Shown: positions 29,005 to 39,049 of the stretch, piece after piece | How positions within the stretch are numbered: the stretch's first letter is position 1 | How the letters are laid out: each line of letters opens with the position of its first letter | NCBI GenBank assembly: GCA_030765505.1 | Contig: JAVCCL010000025.1 | Coordinates: 14,865 to 78,864, forward strand | Source of the DNA: Candidatus Kaelpia imicola | GTDB lineage: Bacteria > Omnitrophota > Gorgyraeia > Kaelpiales > Kaelpiaceae | Direction of reading: 5' to 3' | DNA: 64,000 bases | Program-made: the position numbers and the translations under genes | Notes under the pieces: model-generated | What the model was told of the DNA's origin: nothing | The model's input: only the letters and a program-made list of their open reading frames with translations | Databases searched by the model: none

Positions 29005-30585
29005 TTAGAGTTTAATCCCTTTTACAACACGTATATATTTAAAATCAAGCAACTCTTTTATAACAGTAGCATCGACGGCTATATCAAGATTTAAAACCAT
29101 TAAAGCATTGCCGCCGGGTTCTTCTCTACCGAATGTCATTCCGGATATATTAGCATTATTCCTACCGAAAATAGTACCTATATGACCTATGACACCAGGC
29201 TTATCTTCGTTATATATAACAAGCATATTTCCTACTGGAGGCGCCTCAAGATAATAACCGTCAATATTGACTATTTTGGGATTGTTATTACTGAAGAGTG
29301 TTCCGGCAACCTCTTTTCTCTCTTTGTTGGTCTCGACAATTACCTGAATTAAATTACTAAAATTATGAACCTTTGAAGATTTGACCTCCTCTACACTTAT
29401 CTCTCTCTCTTTTGCAATCACAAGAGCATTTACATAATTTACAGATTCAGCGAGTATCGGAGAAAAGAAACCTTTAAGTACCGCCGAAGAGAGAGGGGTA
29501 GTATCGTGTTCCAAAATATCTCCGCTATATTTTATCTCAACCTTTTTAACGTTACCCTCTACAAGCTGACCAAGCAGCGAACCCAATTTTTCAGAAAGAT
29601 TAAAATAGGGCTTTAAAACCTCAGCCGTCTCAGGCTCAATAGAAGGCATGTTTACAGCATTCCTGATAACATTATTTATCAATGCATCCCTAACCTGCTC
29701 TGCAACCTCAACAGCCACATTGAGTTGCGCCTCTTCAGTAGATGCCCCTAGATGAGGAGTAAGAATAATGTTATCTAACTCAAGAAGCGGACTACTCTCC
29801 GGAGGTTCATTTTCGTAAACATCCAATGCAGCACCTGCAATCTTTTTCTCTGAAAGAGCCCTATGTAGAGCCTCTTCATCCACAACGCCGCCGCGGGAAC
29901 AGTTTATAATATACGCTGTATTTTTTATCATCTTCAACTCTTTATCAGAAAGCATATGATAAGTATTATCGGATAAAGGAATATGGAACGTTATATAATC
30001 CGACCTTTTCAAGAGTTCATTGTGCTCAACTAGCTCAACCTCAATCTTAAAGGCTATATCTTCAGAGATATAAGGGTCAAAAGTAAGAACCTTCATTCCA
30101 AATCCGATAGCTCGCTTGGCCACCTCTCTCCCTATTCTTCCCAAACCCACAACGCCTAAGATTTTACCATACAACTCTTTGCCCATAAACTTTTTCCGTT
30201 CCCATTTATTCTCTTTCATCGACAAGTTGGCCTGAGGAATATTTCGAGCCAAAGCTAAAATAACAGCCATGGTATGTTCCGCAGTCGATATAGTATTACC
30301 CAAGGGAGTATTCATTACAATGACCCCCTTCTTGGTCGCAGCATCAACATCTACATTATCCAAACCGACTCCAGCACGGCCTATAACTTTAAGACTATCT
30401 GCAGCGTCTATAATAGAGGATTTAACCTTTGTTCCGCTACGGATTATAATACCATCATAGCCCTTAATCTCTTTTACAAGCTCCTCTTCGCTTAAACCTG
30501 TTTTCTTTGTAACTTCAATGCCTGCTTTGGTTAAAATATCAATGCCATCCTGAGCTATGTTATCACCAACTAAAACCTTAACCAC
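29005..30585 (-). CDS. serA: D-3-phosphoglycerate dehydrogenase (long form, ASB + ACT)
   Basis: RAGVGLDNVD, GLGRIG, TPHLGASTEEAQ, DKPGVIG. Confidence 0.95.
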   Translation of the reverse strand: MVKVLVGDNIAQDGIDILTKAGIEVTKKTGLSEEELVKEIKGYDGIIIRSGTKVKSSIIDAADSLKVIGRAGVGLDNVDVDAATKKGVIVMNTPLGNTISTAEHTMAVILALARNIPQANLSMKENKWERKKFMGKELYGKILGVVGLGRIGREVAKRAIGFGMKVLTFDPYISEDIAFKIEVELVEHNELLKRSDYITFHIPLSDNTYHMLSDKELKMIKNTAYIINCSRGGVVDEEALHRALSEKKIAGAALDVYENEPPESSPLLELDNIILTPHLGASTEEAQLNVAVEVAEQVRDALINNVIRNAVNMPSIEPETAEVLKPYFNLSEKLGSLLGQLVEGNVKKVEIKYSGDILEHDTTPLSSAVLKGFFSPILAESVNYVNALVIAKEREISVEEVKSSKVHNFSNLIQVIVETNKERKEVAGTLFSNNNPKIVNIDGYYLEAPPVGNMLVIYNEDKPGVIGHIGTIFGRNNANISGMTFGREEPGGNALMVLNLDIAVDATVIKELLDFKYIRVVKGIKL

Positions 30586-30586
30586 T

Positions 30587-31747
30587 TTAGGCCTCCTTCT
30601 TGTAGCTTTTAAGAAACTCTTCCTCTAGTTTTAAAATTCCCGCACCAAGCTTAAACTTATGTCCAAAATAATGCAACCCAAATTCAACAGCTGCAATACC
30701 TGATAGAACATCAAAAAGATTTATGTAACCCATGTGGGCAATCCTGATTATCTTACTCTTCAACTCTGCCTGACCGCCAGCTATGCTTATACCGAACTCT
30801 GCGCGGATAAACTTGACCATCTCTGCAGAGTCTATACTCTCCGGCATCAAAACGCTGGTAACAGCGCTGGAAGGACGCTGAGCAAAGACTTTAAGCCCTA
30901 AAGAAGTAACCGCTTCACGTGTCATAGCCGCAAGTTTAGCATGTCTTCTCCACACATTCTCAATACCCTCATCAAGTATCATCTTGAGGGCTGTCCGTAA
31001 AGCTACTATCATATTCACGGCGGGAGTCCAGGGAGTATCAGACTTAGATGCCGCCTTACCAGCTTTAATCAAGTCAAAGTAATATTTAGAAGAACTGGAC
31101 CTCTCTATTAAAGATTGTGCTTCTTTGGATAGGCTTATGAAGGCAAGACCCGGGGGAAGCATCAAGCCTTTCTGAGATCCGCTAACAACAATATCCAAAC
31201 CCCAATCGTCCATTCTCAGTTCATCAGCTCCCAAACCACTTACAGCATCAACAACAATTAAAGCGTTGAACTCTTTAGCTAGGATAGCCATACCTTTTAT
31301 ATCATAGTTTACACCTGTAGAGGTTTCGCATAGTGTCGTTAGGATAATCTTACGGCTATTACCTATTTTTAACTTTTCTCTTAGAGAGTCTAAGTTTGGA
31401 GCACTCCCCCACTTTAGATCTAAAGTATCATACTCTGCGCTATAGGCTTTGGCTATCTCGGCCCATCTCTCACCAAACTTTCCTCCTACAACAGGTATAA
31501 ATCTAACACCATCCTGCATTAGATTAGCTACCGCAGCCTCCATAACACCAGTACCTGAAGAAGAGACAATTAAAACCTGGTTTTTGGTTTGGAAGATAGT
31601 CTTTAAATCCTCCGAAACATCTTTAAGTATAGAACGGAACTCATCTGTTCTGTGATGAATTGTAGACTTCGCCTGCGAAAGTAAGACTTCCTCGGGAACA
31701 GGAGTTGGACCTGGAGTTAAAAGACTTTTTTTGTAAGGTTTAATCAC
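30587..31747 (-). CDS. class V PLP aminotransferase (probable phosphoserine aminotransferase)
   Basis: TPGPTPVP, ETSTGV, VDAVS, GSQKGLMLPPG; adjacent to serA. Confidence 0.85.
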   Translation of the reverse strand: MIKPYKKSLLTPGPTPVPEEVLLSQAKSTIHHRTDEFRSILKDVSEDLKTIFQTKNQVLIVSSSGTGVMEAAVANLMQDGVRFIPVVGGKFGERWAEIAKAYSAEYDTLDLKWGSAPNLDSLREKLKIGNSRKIILTTLCETSTGVNYDIKGMAILAKEFNALIVVDAVSGLGADELRMDDWGLDIVVSGSQKGLMLPPGLAFISLSKEAQSLIERSSSSKYYFDLIKAGKAASKSDTPWTPAVNMIVALRTALKMILDEGIENVWRRHAKLAAMTREAVTSLGLKVFAQRPSSAVTSVLMPESIDSAEMVKFIRAEFGISIAGGQAELKSKIIRIAHMGYINLFDVLSGIAAVEFGLHYFGHKFKLGAGILKLEEEFLKSYKKEA

Positions 31748-31761
31748 CTCAATCCTCCTCT

Positions 31762-32370
31762 TTAAGATTTCTTCTTTTTAGTATAAATAACCTCGTCTAT
31801 TATGCCGTAATCTTTTGATTCTTCCGCGCTCATAAAATAATCTCTATCAGTATCTTTCTTAACCTTATCAATTGATTTAAAAGTATGGAAAGAGATCAAC
31901 CCGTTTATCTCATCTCTTAAGCGAAGTATCTCTTTAGCCTGAATATGAATATCTTCCGCAGCTCCCTGAACACCACCCCAAGGCTGATGAATCATTATCC
32001 TGGAATGCGGCAGAGAGAACCTCTTTCCTTTAGCGCCTGCCATAAGCAATAATGCTCCCATGCTGGCCGCCTGCCCTACGCAATAAGTAGAGATATCGGG
32101 TTTTACAAACTGCAGTGTATCGTAGATTGCCAATCCGCTCGTAACAGAACCTCCTGGTGAGTTAATATAAACACTTATATCCTTATCCGCATCCTCAGAC
32201 TGCAGGAAAAGAATCTGGGCAATAATAAGATTGGCTACATTGTCATCAATAGGAGTACCTATAAAAACTATCCTGTCTTTCAACAACCGAGAGTAAATGT
32301 CGAACGCACGCTCACCTCTTCCGGTCTTCTCAACTACCATGGGAACAAGAGTCTGAGACTTAACAGGCAT
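31762..32370 (-). CDS. clpP: Clp protease proteolytic subunit
   Basis: [30 protein letters not shown]. Confidence 0.98.
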   Translation of the reverse strand: MPVKSQTLVPMVVEKTGRGERAFDIYSRLLKDRIVFIGTPIDDNVANLIIAQILFLQSEDADKDISVYINSPGGSVTSGLAIYDTLQFVKPDISTYCVGQAASMGALLLMAGAKGKRFSLPHSRIMIHQPWGGVQGAAEDIHIQAKEILRLRDEINGLISFHTFKSIDKVKKDTDRDYFMSAEESKDYGIIDEVIYTKKKKS

Positions 32371-33656
32371 TATTCACCTCCATTTTTAATATTAATTATT
32401 TCAGCATGCTGCTTTAAAAATTCTATAACTTTCTTCCTTAATAAGCCAGCTTTTATATTCTCTAATCCATTATCTTTTTTAAGACTGGATTCTAACTCCT
32501 CCAGAGTACTGTTTTGACGCTTGGATAGAACTTCTAAATGTTTGCTCAATTCTTGACCCGAGACCACTATACTTTCTTTCTGAGCAATCTCTTTTAAAAT
32601 AAAATAGACCTTAAGCTCTCTCTGAGCCTCTCTTTGAGCCTCTCTCTGTATCATTTCTTTTTGGGTCTCCATATCTTTTCTAGGAAACCCCCGATAGAGC
32701 AACCTCATGGTTATATCTTCAGCCGAAACACGTACTTGACGGCTTAAAAGCTGAGGCGGCAACTCGATCTTGGAATTTTCGATAAGTTCAGATATAAGGC
32801 ACTCTTCTAAATCTATCTCAGCCTCCCTAATACGATGATTTTGCAACTCTTCCCTTATAACCCTCTTTAAATCATCGACATTGCTATGATTGCCAAGCTT
32901 CTTCGCGAAATCATCGTTAAGCTCAGGCTCCTTTTTCTCTTTAACCCCTTTTACGCTGACCTTAAAATCGCACTCTTTGCCAGCAATCTTTTTATCTCTA
33001 TAATCATCGGGAACCTCGAGCTTAAACTCCTTGACCTCGCCGGAACTCAACCCCTTAAGATTCTCTATAAGCCCGGGAAAGAGGCTCTCTTCACTAAGAT
33101 ACAATGAAAGAGCTTCTCTCTTATCTAAATCACCATCTTTTGACTTTATCTCTATGTCTGCTACAATGACATCCTCAAAAACGGACGGCCTCTGGACATC
33201 CAGCCACTGGGTCTTCTCCTTCTTGATATCATCTAAAACCTTATCAATATCTTTATCCTCTACACTTGCGTCCTTTCTCTTCAATTTTATATTCTTATAT
33301 TTCGACAATTTAACTTTTGGGACTTCCTCTATCTTCAATGTAAACCTATAGTCGCCTCTCTCCCCCTGTTCAATGCCAAGCAACACTGGAGCCGATATCG
33401 GATCCACTTTTGAAGCCTCTACAGCCTTTCTATAAAAAATAGAGACTACACTATCCTTGATATCTTTTTCAATCTCAACACCATATTTAACCAGCACCAT
33501 CTCCAGCGGAGCTTTACCTTTTCTATAGCCAGGAATTGCAACCTTATCTTGCCAATCAGACTCTACTTTTCTTTTTAAAGACCCAATCTCTTTAGGATCC
33601 AAATAGACTTCCAGATCACTCTCAACCGTATTGATTTTTTTAATCTTTATTTTCAT
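32370..33656 (-). CDS. tig: trigger factor
   Basis: [14 protein letters not shown]-like middle domain, ELNDDFAK; precedes clpP. Confidence 0.92.
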   Translation of the reverse strand: MKIKIKKINTVESDLEVYLDPKEIGSLKRKVESDWQDKVAIPGYRKGKAPLEMVLVKYGVEIEKDIKDSVVSIFYRKAVEASKVDPISAPVLLGIEQGERGDYRFTLKIEEVPKVKLSKYKNIKLKRKDASVEDKDIDKVLDDIKKEKTQWLDVQRPSVFEDVIVADIEIKSKDGDLDKREALSLYLSEESLFPGLIENLKGLSSGEVKEFKLEVPDDYRDKKIAGKECDFKVSVKGVKEKKEPELNDDFAKKLGNHSNVDDLKRVIREELQNHRIREAEIDLEECLISELIENSKIELPPQLLSRQVRVSAEDITMRLLYRGFPRKDMETQKEMIQREAQREAQRELKVYFILKEIAQKESIVVSGQELSKHLEVLSKRQNSTLEELESSLKKDNGLENIKAGLLRKKVIEFLKQHAEIINIKNGGE

Positions 33657-33966
33657 CTTTAAAATCCTTATCTCTATGTCTATGCATCTTTATTCTATCT
33701 TCATATTTTAAGACCTGCTGCTTTAAAACGTCGAACGATTCGTCGATGGCTAAATACATATCTTCATTTTTTTCCTTAACTTTAAAGTGAGAACTCTTAA
33801 GGTTCACATTGATCTCGACCACAGAAAGATGTCTCTCAATCTCCAGTACAACATGAACATTTATTATATCATCAACATATTTATCCAGATAGCTGATCTT
33901 ACCTTCAATATAAGACTTTAAAGCGCCGGTTGTATTAAAATGCCTGCCTGTTATTGTCGTTTTCAA
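33640..33966 (-). CDS. hpf: ribosome hibernation factor HPF/RaiA (short)
   Basis: ITGRHF.TT.ALKSY...K, DMYLAID. Confidence 0.9.
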   Translation of the reverse strand: MKTTITGRHFNTTGALKSYIEGKISYLDKYVDDIINVHVVLEIERHLSVVEINVNLKSSHFKVKEKNEDMYLAIDESFDVLKQQVLKYEDRIKMHRHRDKDFKDENKD

Positions 33967-33987
33967 AATATACCCCCTTTTAATCTT

Positions 33988-34704
33988 TTACATCTTAAAC
34001 CTTTCTCCAAGGTAGACTTCTTTTGCTTTATCATCGTTAATCAAATGGTCCGCATCTCCTGAAAGGAGGATACTGCCCTCAGAGACTATATAAGCCCTAT
34101 CCGTTATCGCCAAAGTCTCTCTTACATTATGGTCAGTCAGCAATATTCCAATACCTTTTTTCTTAAGATCTAAAATTATATCCTGACATTCAGCGACAGC
34201 AATAGGGTCTATTCCGCTAAAGGGTTCGTCTAAAAGCAAGAACGATGGATTTATAGCCAGAGCTCTTGTAATCTCCAGCCGTCTTCTCTCGCCGCCAGAT
34301 AAAGTATAGGCTCTGTTCTTCGCTAAATATGATATCCTTAACTCTTCCAACAGCATTTCAAGCCTCAACTTTCTCTCCTGCGGATGAATGATTAAAGTCT
34401 CCAACACCGCCATTATATTATCCCTGACACTTAGGTTTCCAAATATAGCCGGTTCCTGCGAAAGATAACCTATTCCCAAACTTGCTCTCTTATGCATAGG
34501 CAACCTTGTTATATCAACATCCTTAAAGTATACACACCCCTTATTAGGAGCAACTAAACCCACGATCATATAGAAAGTAGTGGTCTTGCCAGCTCCGTTA
34601 GGACCCAGCAACCCGACTATCTCAGAGCCAGCTACATCAAGCGAGATACTATTTACCACCCTTCTGTTTCCGTACTCTTTTATTAACCCCTTAACCTTTA
34701 ACAT
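33988..34704 (-). CDS. lptB: LPS export ABC ATPase
   Basis: GPNGAGKTTTFYM, LSGGERRRLEI, LLDEPFSGIDPI, TDHNVRETL. Confidence 0.97.
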   Translation of the reverse strand: MLKVKGLIKEYGNRRVVNSISLDVAGSEIVGLLGPNGAGKTTTFYMIVGLVAPNKGCVYFKDVDITRLPMHKRASLGIGYLSQEPAIFGNLSVRDNIMAVLETLIIHPQERKLRLEMLLEELRISYLAKNRAYTLSGGERRRLEITRALAINPSFLLLDEPFSGIDPIAVAECQDIILDLKKKGIGILLTDHNVRETLAITDRAYIVSEGSILLSGDADHLINDDKAKEVYLGERFKM

Positions 34705-34707
34705 ATT

Positions 34708-35466
34708 TTACTCAGGATATATCTCAAGCTTAGGGTGCCCGAGAAGATTGATCTTTCCCTCTTTTAAATCATATATCGCTTCAGAAGAATAGGTAAGCGA
34801 ACTGCCGCGCCTAAGTTTTACATTGCCTTTGGCGTGAACTCTAGTAATGCTTTTTTCATCTTTGTCAAAATATACAGTCAACTTATCGCAGAACAGCTCT
34901 CCTTTTCTATCTAAGACATGGACATTGTCGTTGAAGACCGCAATGTTTTTGGTGTAATCTATATTTAAGGGTCCGTCGGATTTAATTATAGCCTGAGGCA
35001 CGGCTTTAAACTTGACGTCTTTTTTAATAACCGCCTTCGTTAATTTTGTATCAATCTCGCCGCCTTCGCCTGACACCTCGCTATCGTTCTTCACTATTCT
35101 CAATCTCTCTTCTGTCCAGACAACCTCTCTATCCTGATCCCAGTGTAGTATATCCGTAAAAAGCGAATCGCCTTCTGAGTTTTTTATAACAACATTTCCT
35201 GTTAACTCTACCTGCCTATTCACTCTATTCAAAAAACCTCTGTCTGCCCGCATGTTTACAGGACCATTATCACCATAAAGCCTTGCTTTAACCGATCTTA
35301 AGGCTACATCCTCTTTACTTAGCTGCGCACTCTCTCCTTCTATCTCCCATTTTTTATTATTCTGCTTATCATAACCTGTTAGAGTAAAATTATTTAAGTT
35401 CTCTTCCGTTGCATAGGAGCTTCTAATCGAAAACACCAATAATAAGACTACTATCTTTATCAACAT
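34708..35466 (-). CDS. LptC-LptA(OstA)-like tandem beta-jellyroll protein
   Basis: LptC-like N-domain (ADRG..N, VELTGNV, LFTDILHWD) plus OstA-like C-domain (AVFNDNV, CDKLTVY, AKGNV, LLGHP); ATG 35466 supported by upstream promoter. Confidence 0.8.
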   Translation of the reverse strand: MLIKIVVLLLVFSIRSSYATEENLNNFTLTGYDKQNNKKWEIEGESAQLSKEDVALRSVKARLYGDNGPVNMRADRGFLNRVNRQVELTGNVVIKNSEGDSLFTDILHWDQDREVVWTEERLRIVKNDSEVSGEGGEIDTKLTKAVIKKDVKFKAVPQAIIKSDGPLNIDYTKNIAVFNDNVHVLDRKGELFCDKLTVYFDKDEKSITRVHAKGNVKLRRGSSLTYSSEAIYDLKEGKINLLGHPKLEIYPE

Positions 35467-35479
35467 TTTAAACCCGCCT

Positions 35480-35508
35480 ATCCTAACATGGCAACAGAAC
35501 CAAGTCAA
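35480..35508 (-). promoter_or_regulatory. sigma70-type promoter
   Basis: TTGACT-N17-TAGGAT with TG extension. Confidence 0.55.
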
Positions 35509-35551
35509 GCTGGAGATAGACACCGAATATTAAAAAATACAACAGAGAGAG

Positions 35552-35782
35552 CTAATCCAATATCAGATTGGTTATTGTCTTTGTAATACCCTCTATTGCA
35601 CGTAATTCTGTTACAACGAATCTCATCAACTCTTCATAGTTAGAAGCTTTAATCTGGGCTATAACATCCTGCTCTCCAGAGGTTAAATTTGCATCAATTA
35701 CATTTTCAAAAGACTTCATTTTTTGAATAACCTCTCTCTCTTCACCCGGCTCTACGTTAATTTTCAAATAAGCTCTGGCCAT
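35552..35782 (-). CDS. stand-alone Lrp/AsnC ligand-binding (RAM) domain protein
   Basis: AYLKINVEPG, SGEQDVIA, IEGITKTIT; no HTH. Confidence 0.8.
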   Translation of the reverse strand: MARAYLKINVEPGEEREVIQKMKSFENVIDANLTSGEQDVIAQIKASNYEELMRFVVTELRAIEGITKTITNLILD

Positions 35783-35807
35783 CTCTCTCTCCTCTTTTAA
35801 ATTTAAA

Positions 35808-36074
35808 TTAATCTCTCCTCAACTTAAAGACCCTATCATGAGAACGGACCCGCTCTTTAACACCTAGGCCTACAATCTGCCCCGGCAATATCTCATTGAC
35901 AGTCTGATGCTCAATCTGCATAGAGTTCACATCCATCTCAAAATCGGTTGTATGTCCTTTTATTTTGATCCTATCACCAGCCTTCAAACTTTGAGCTGTG
36001 ATCTCTATGATGGCAGCAGAAGGTTTGGCATAAAAATTCGTAACAACACCTATCTCGATCCATTCTTCAGACAT
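35808..36074 (-). CDS. small beta-barrel 'translation factor-like' protein (U32 C-terminal-like)
   Basis: IGVVTNFY, LKAGDRIKIKGHTTDF, SMQIEH, VRSHDRVF. Confidence 0.7.
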   Translation of the reverse strand: MSEEWIEIGVVTNFYAKPSAAIIEITAQSLKAGDRIKIKGHTTDFEMDVNSMQIEHQTVNEILPGQIVGLGVKERVRSHDRVFKLRRD

Positions 36075-36101
36075 AACCTCACCTCCTTAAAAGATACTTT
36101 T

Positions 36102-37199
36102 TCAAAGATAACTAAGACCTTCACTGAGAGCAGAAGTTATTAAAGTTTTATCTAGATCCGAAGATACTGCCGCAGAACCTATAGAGTTTGGTAATACAAA
36201 CCTTATGGCGCCAAATTTGGCTTTCTTATCATAAAGGATGCTATCCAAAATTTTTTTCTGCTCTATCTTTCTGTTTATTCTAGGCAGAGTCTTAAACTTC
36301 AAGATTAGACTTATTACTCTCTTCAAATCCTTCTCTTTCAAGACCCCAATCTTATTGGCAATCAAACTCTCGACAACAAGACCGAAAGATACCGCCTCCC
36401 CATGAGATACTCTCTCGTAATCAAAGACTGTCTCTATAGCATGGGCTATTGTATGGCCTAGGTTTAAGACTATTCTTACGTCTTCACTGTCACGCTCATC
36501 TCTTTCAACAAGTGACGTTTTTATTCTGCTGCATCTTGAAACTATCTCACTCCATAAACTCAGTGAGAAAGAAGATGGGTCTTCGTTTTCAGATTCCAGT
36601 AATTCAAAGAGCCCTGAATCTCCCAGAATTCCATATTTTATAATCTCGGATAACCCATTAGAGAGTTCTCTGGGAGGTAGACTCTTTAAGAAATTCAAAT
36701 CAGAGAGAACCAATCTAGGCTGATAGAAAGCTCCCAATAAATTCTTGCCCCATTTTAGATCTATAGCAACTTTCCCGCCGATACTTGAATCGACTTGAGC
36801 AAGAAGAGTCGTCGGAATCTGAATAAAAGGTACACCTCTCTTGTAAATAGCCGCTAAAAACCCTACTAAGTCTCCGATAACTCCTCCTCCAAAAGCTATA
36901 AAGAGCACGCTCTCTGCCTTAGAAAACTCAACGGTTGATCTTAGGAGATCGAAAAGAACCTGCCAGGACTTGCTCTTCTCAGAATCCGCAACTTCCAAGA
37001 AAAGGCTCTCTTTGAATATCTCTAAATAAGGCTCTAAATAATCCCTGTGGAGAGAGCATATCTTTCTGTTGGATACCACAACAGCTGAATACTTCTCTAG
37101 ATTTAACCTTACGACTTCATTTTTTAGAGACGCCAATGCTCCCTCTGAAACCAGAATATCGTAAGACCTATCCTTTAAATTTAGACTTATTCTCTCCAT
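36102..37199 (-). CDS. aroB: 3-dehydroquinate synthase
   Basis: GGGVIGDLVGF, PTTLLAQVDSSIGGK, LNLGHT..HAIE, HGEAV. Confidence 0.97.
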   Translation of the reverse strand: MERISLNLKDRSYDILVSEGALASLKNEVVRLNLEKYSAVVVSNRKICSLHRDYLEPYLEIFKESLFLEVADSEKSKSWQVLFDLLRSTVEFSKAESVLFIAFGGGVIGDLVGFLAAIYKRGVPFIQIPTTLLAQVDSSIGGKVAIDLKWGKNLLGAFYQPRLVLSDLNFLKSLPPRELSNGLSEIIKYGILGDSGLFELLESENEDPSSFSLSLWSEIVSRCSRIKTSLVERDERDSEDVRIVLNLGHTIAHAIETVFDYERVSHGEAVSFGLVVESLIANKIGVLKEKDLKRVISLILKFKTLPRINRKIEQKKILDSILYDKKAKFGAIRFVLPNSIGSAAVSSDLDKTLITSALSEGLSYL

Positions 37200-37217
37200 T
37201 TAAAATATGGACCCGGT

Positions 37218-37478
37218 TTAAGACTTTTCTTTGACAGAATCCTCTGCAGGCTTATCAGTCCGGCCTTCTACTGCCTGCTCTGCACCCTCAAGCTCTTCTT
37301 TCTTAGGCTCTTTCTTAAGCGCTTTTAACCTCTTTCTCTTGTATTTCGGTAACTTAAATACTTCTATCCCTTCCTCTCCGGACTTCTTCAAAAACATAGC
37401 TATTCTCTCAAACCTTTTGAGCACATTTCTATGCTGTAAATCCGAATCTTTAATCTTTAAACTTGGGTGCCTTGACAT
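37218..37478 (-). CDS. small basic protein (TIGR04137-type PVC signature protein)
   Basis: MSRHPSLK...HRNVLKRFERI...VFKLPK. Confidence 0.85.
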   Translation of the reverse strand: MSRHPSLKIKDSDLQHRNVLKRFERIAMFLKKSGEEGIEVFKLPKYKRKRLKALKKEPKKEELEGAEQAVEGRTDKPAEDSVKEKS

Positions 37479-38050
37479 TACCTACCTCCTTTCAATTCTT
37501 TCATAAAAGCATCTTTGTATATTTTTCTTAATTTTACTAACACGTTCTGAGCTCTATCCTGCTCGCTATAATCTCCAACAAAGACAATCTTGTATCTGCC
37601 CTGCTCACGAATATAAGAAGGGAGACCTGCCTTTTTAAGTTTATCCCTTTCGGACTCAGCGTAGGATATATTTTTGTACGTTACAACCTGTAGAGCAAAC
37701 CTTAGATCCGAAGACTCTTTTTTATTATCCAACCCGCTATCGTCAGACTCGGAAAGAATAAAACCGTAATCAACAAATTTATTTTCAACTGCTTTCTCCT
37801 TATCTTCCACCATTATACTAGAGAGAAGAACATCCGCTTCTTCTTTTGCACCGCTAACAGTTATACCTTTTTTATAACCGCCGATATAACTACCGACCAT
37901 CAAAAAAAGAAAGACCATAACAGCTGTACATAGCTTCTCTTCATTTACTCGAATATACCTCTCCGTTATTAGCTTTAACCTTTTTCTTTTTTTTCGCCTG
38001 ATAACATTCTCGTCAATATCAGGGAACAGATTCTCTTTATAATCTTCCAT
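37478..38050 (-). CDS. SPOR-domain membrane protein
   Basis: single TM helix; FALQVVTY..A, YKIVFVGDY, YKDAF C-domain. Confidence 0.8.
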   Translation of the reverse strand: MEDYKENLFPDIDENVIRRKKRKRLKLITERYIRVNEEKLCTAVMVFLFLMVGSYIGGYKKGITVSGAKEEADVLLSSIMVEDKEKAVENKFVDYGFILSESDDSGLDNKKESSDLRFALQVVTYKNISYAESERDKLKKAGLPSYIREQGRYKIVFVGDYSEQDRAQNVLVKLRKIYKDAFMKELKGGR

Positions 38051-38058
38051 AGGTTAAA

Positions 38059-38781
38059 CTATTCATGTTTAAAGTCGAATTTAAAATCAATCCTTCCTAA
38101 GGCTTCATCATTTACATCAAAAGAAGTCTTTATATTAGACATAATCAGCTTTACATCTTTAGCTTTTGAATTTGGCTTAAGAAAACAGAGATAGCCATCG
38201 TAAACAACGCCTGGATAGAGATAACCGCCGCTTAGCTCTATAGATTTAAGCAAGGCAAATTTTTTCTTTAAGCCTCTGCCTGCCAAGCCTTTGGCCATAT
38301 CCAGAGGAGCTCCATAGATACCAGGGGCTAACGAAGACGTCGATTTTGTAAAATTATAGACTGAACTTTTAGCTTCATAAATCTCTTTAATCCTCTCCGG
38401 GCTTATATAAAGATACTGAGTACCAAGCTCATCCAGTAATACAAAATCACCGGGATTTATAAATATCCTGGATTCGGTCTTGTTCTCAATTCTTACCTTC
38501 ATAACTATCATGCCATCCGGGTAAGGATTCTTTCCTGCATAGGTTCCGTATATTTTTTTATCAAGAAATATATTTTTTAAATTCTCCTCAGGCAGATACT
38601 CTACCAATATCCATATGCCCTCCTCTTCCTGCTGCTGCTGAACAGGAATAAGAGCATAGGCTATCTCTCTGCACTTTTCTACGGGCTCAAACCTGCCTTT
38701 AGTCTTCTTTCCATAAACATAGCCGCCAGCACAACCTGCCATGGATAGACATAAAAGAACAAGAGTAAGCTTTTTAATCAT
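38059..38781 (-). CDS. lipoprotein of unknown function
   Basis: MIKKLTLVLLCLSMAGC lipobox; beta-rich domain (DFVLLDELGTQY, LYPG....GYL.F); GGAGGAAGG RBS. Confidence 0.7.
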   Translation of the reverse strand: MIKKLTLVLLCLSMAGCAGGYVYGKKTKGRFEPVEKCREIAYALIPVQQQQEEEGIWILVEYLPEENLKNIFLDKKIYGTYAGKNPYPDGMIVMKVRIENKTESRIFINPGDFVLLDELGTQYLYISPERIKEIYEAKSSVYNFTKSTSSLAPGIYGAPLDMAKGLAGRGLKKKFALLKSIELSGGYLYPGVVYDGYLCFLKPNSKAKDVKLIMSNIKTSFDVNDEALGRIDFKFDFKHE

Positions 38782-39049
38782 ATCCTTCCTCTTCCATAAA
38801 CTCTTTGACTGCTGCAATAATATCTCTATCTTGCGTATAAGAGTAAGCTACTGTAGTATAGCTCCTATCTTTGTTTAAAATATTCTTCTTCGTGAGATAT
38901 TCCAACTGCTTAACAATGAGAGCCTCTTCCTCATCTATCCATTTGGCAATATTTTCAGCCGTATCAATACAGCCGGGATTGTTGTAATAAAATTTCAGCA
39001 CTTTTTTCAAGATTAAGTCTCCGCTTATTTTTTTTAAAAATTCTTTCAT
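38774..39049 (-). CDS. small winged-helix-like hypothetical protein
   Basis: KVLKFYYNNP..IDTAENIAKWI...LEYL..KNIL pattern. Confidence 0.6.
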   Translation of the reverse strand: MKEFLKKISGDLILKKVLKFYYNNPGCIDTAENIAKWIDEEEALIVKQLEYLTKKNILNKDRSYTTVAYSYTQDRDIIAAVKEFMEEEGYD

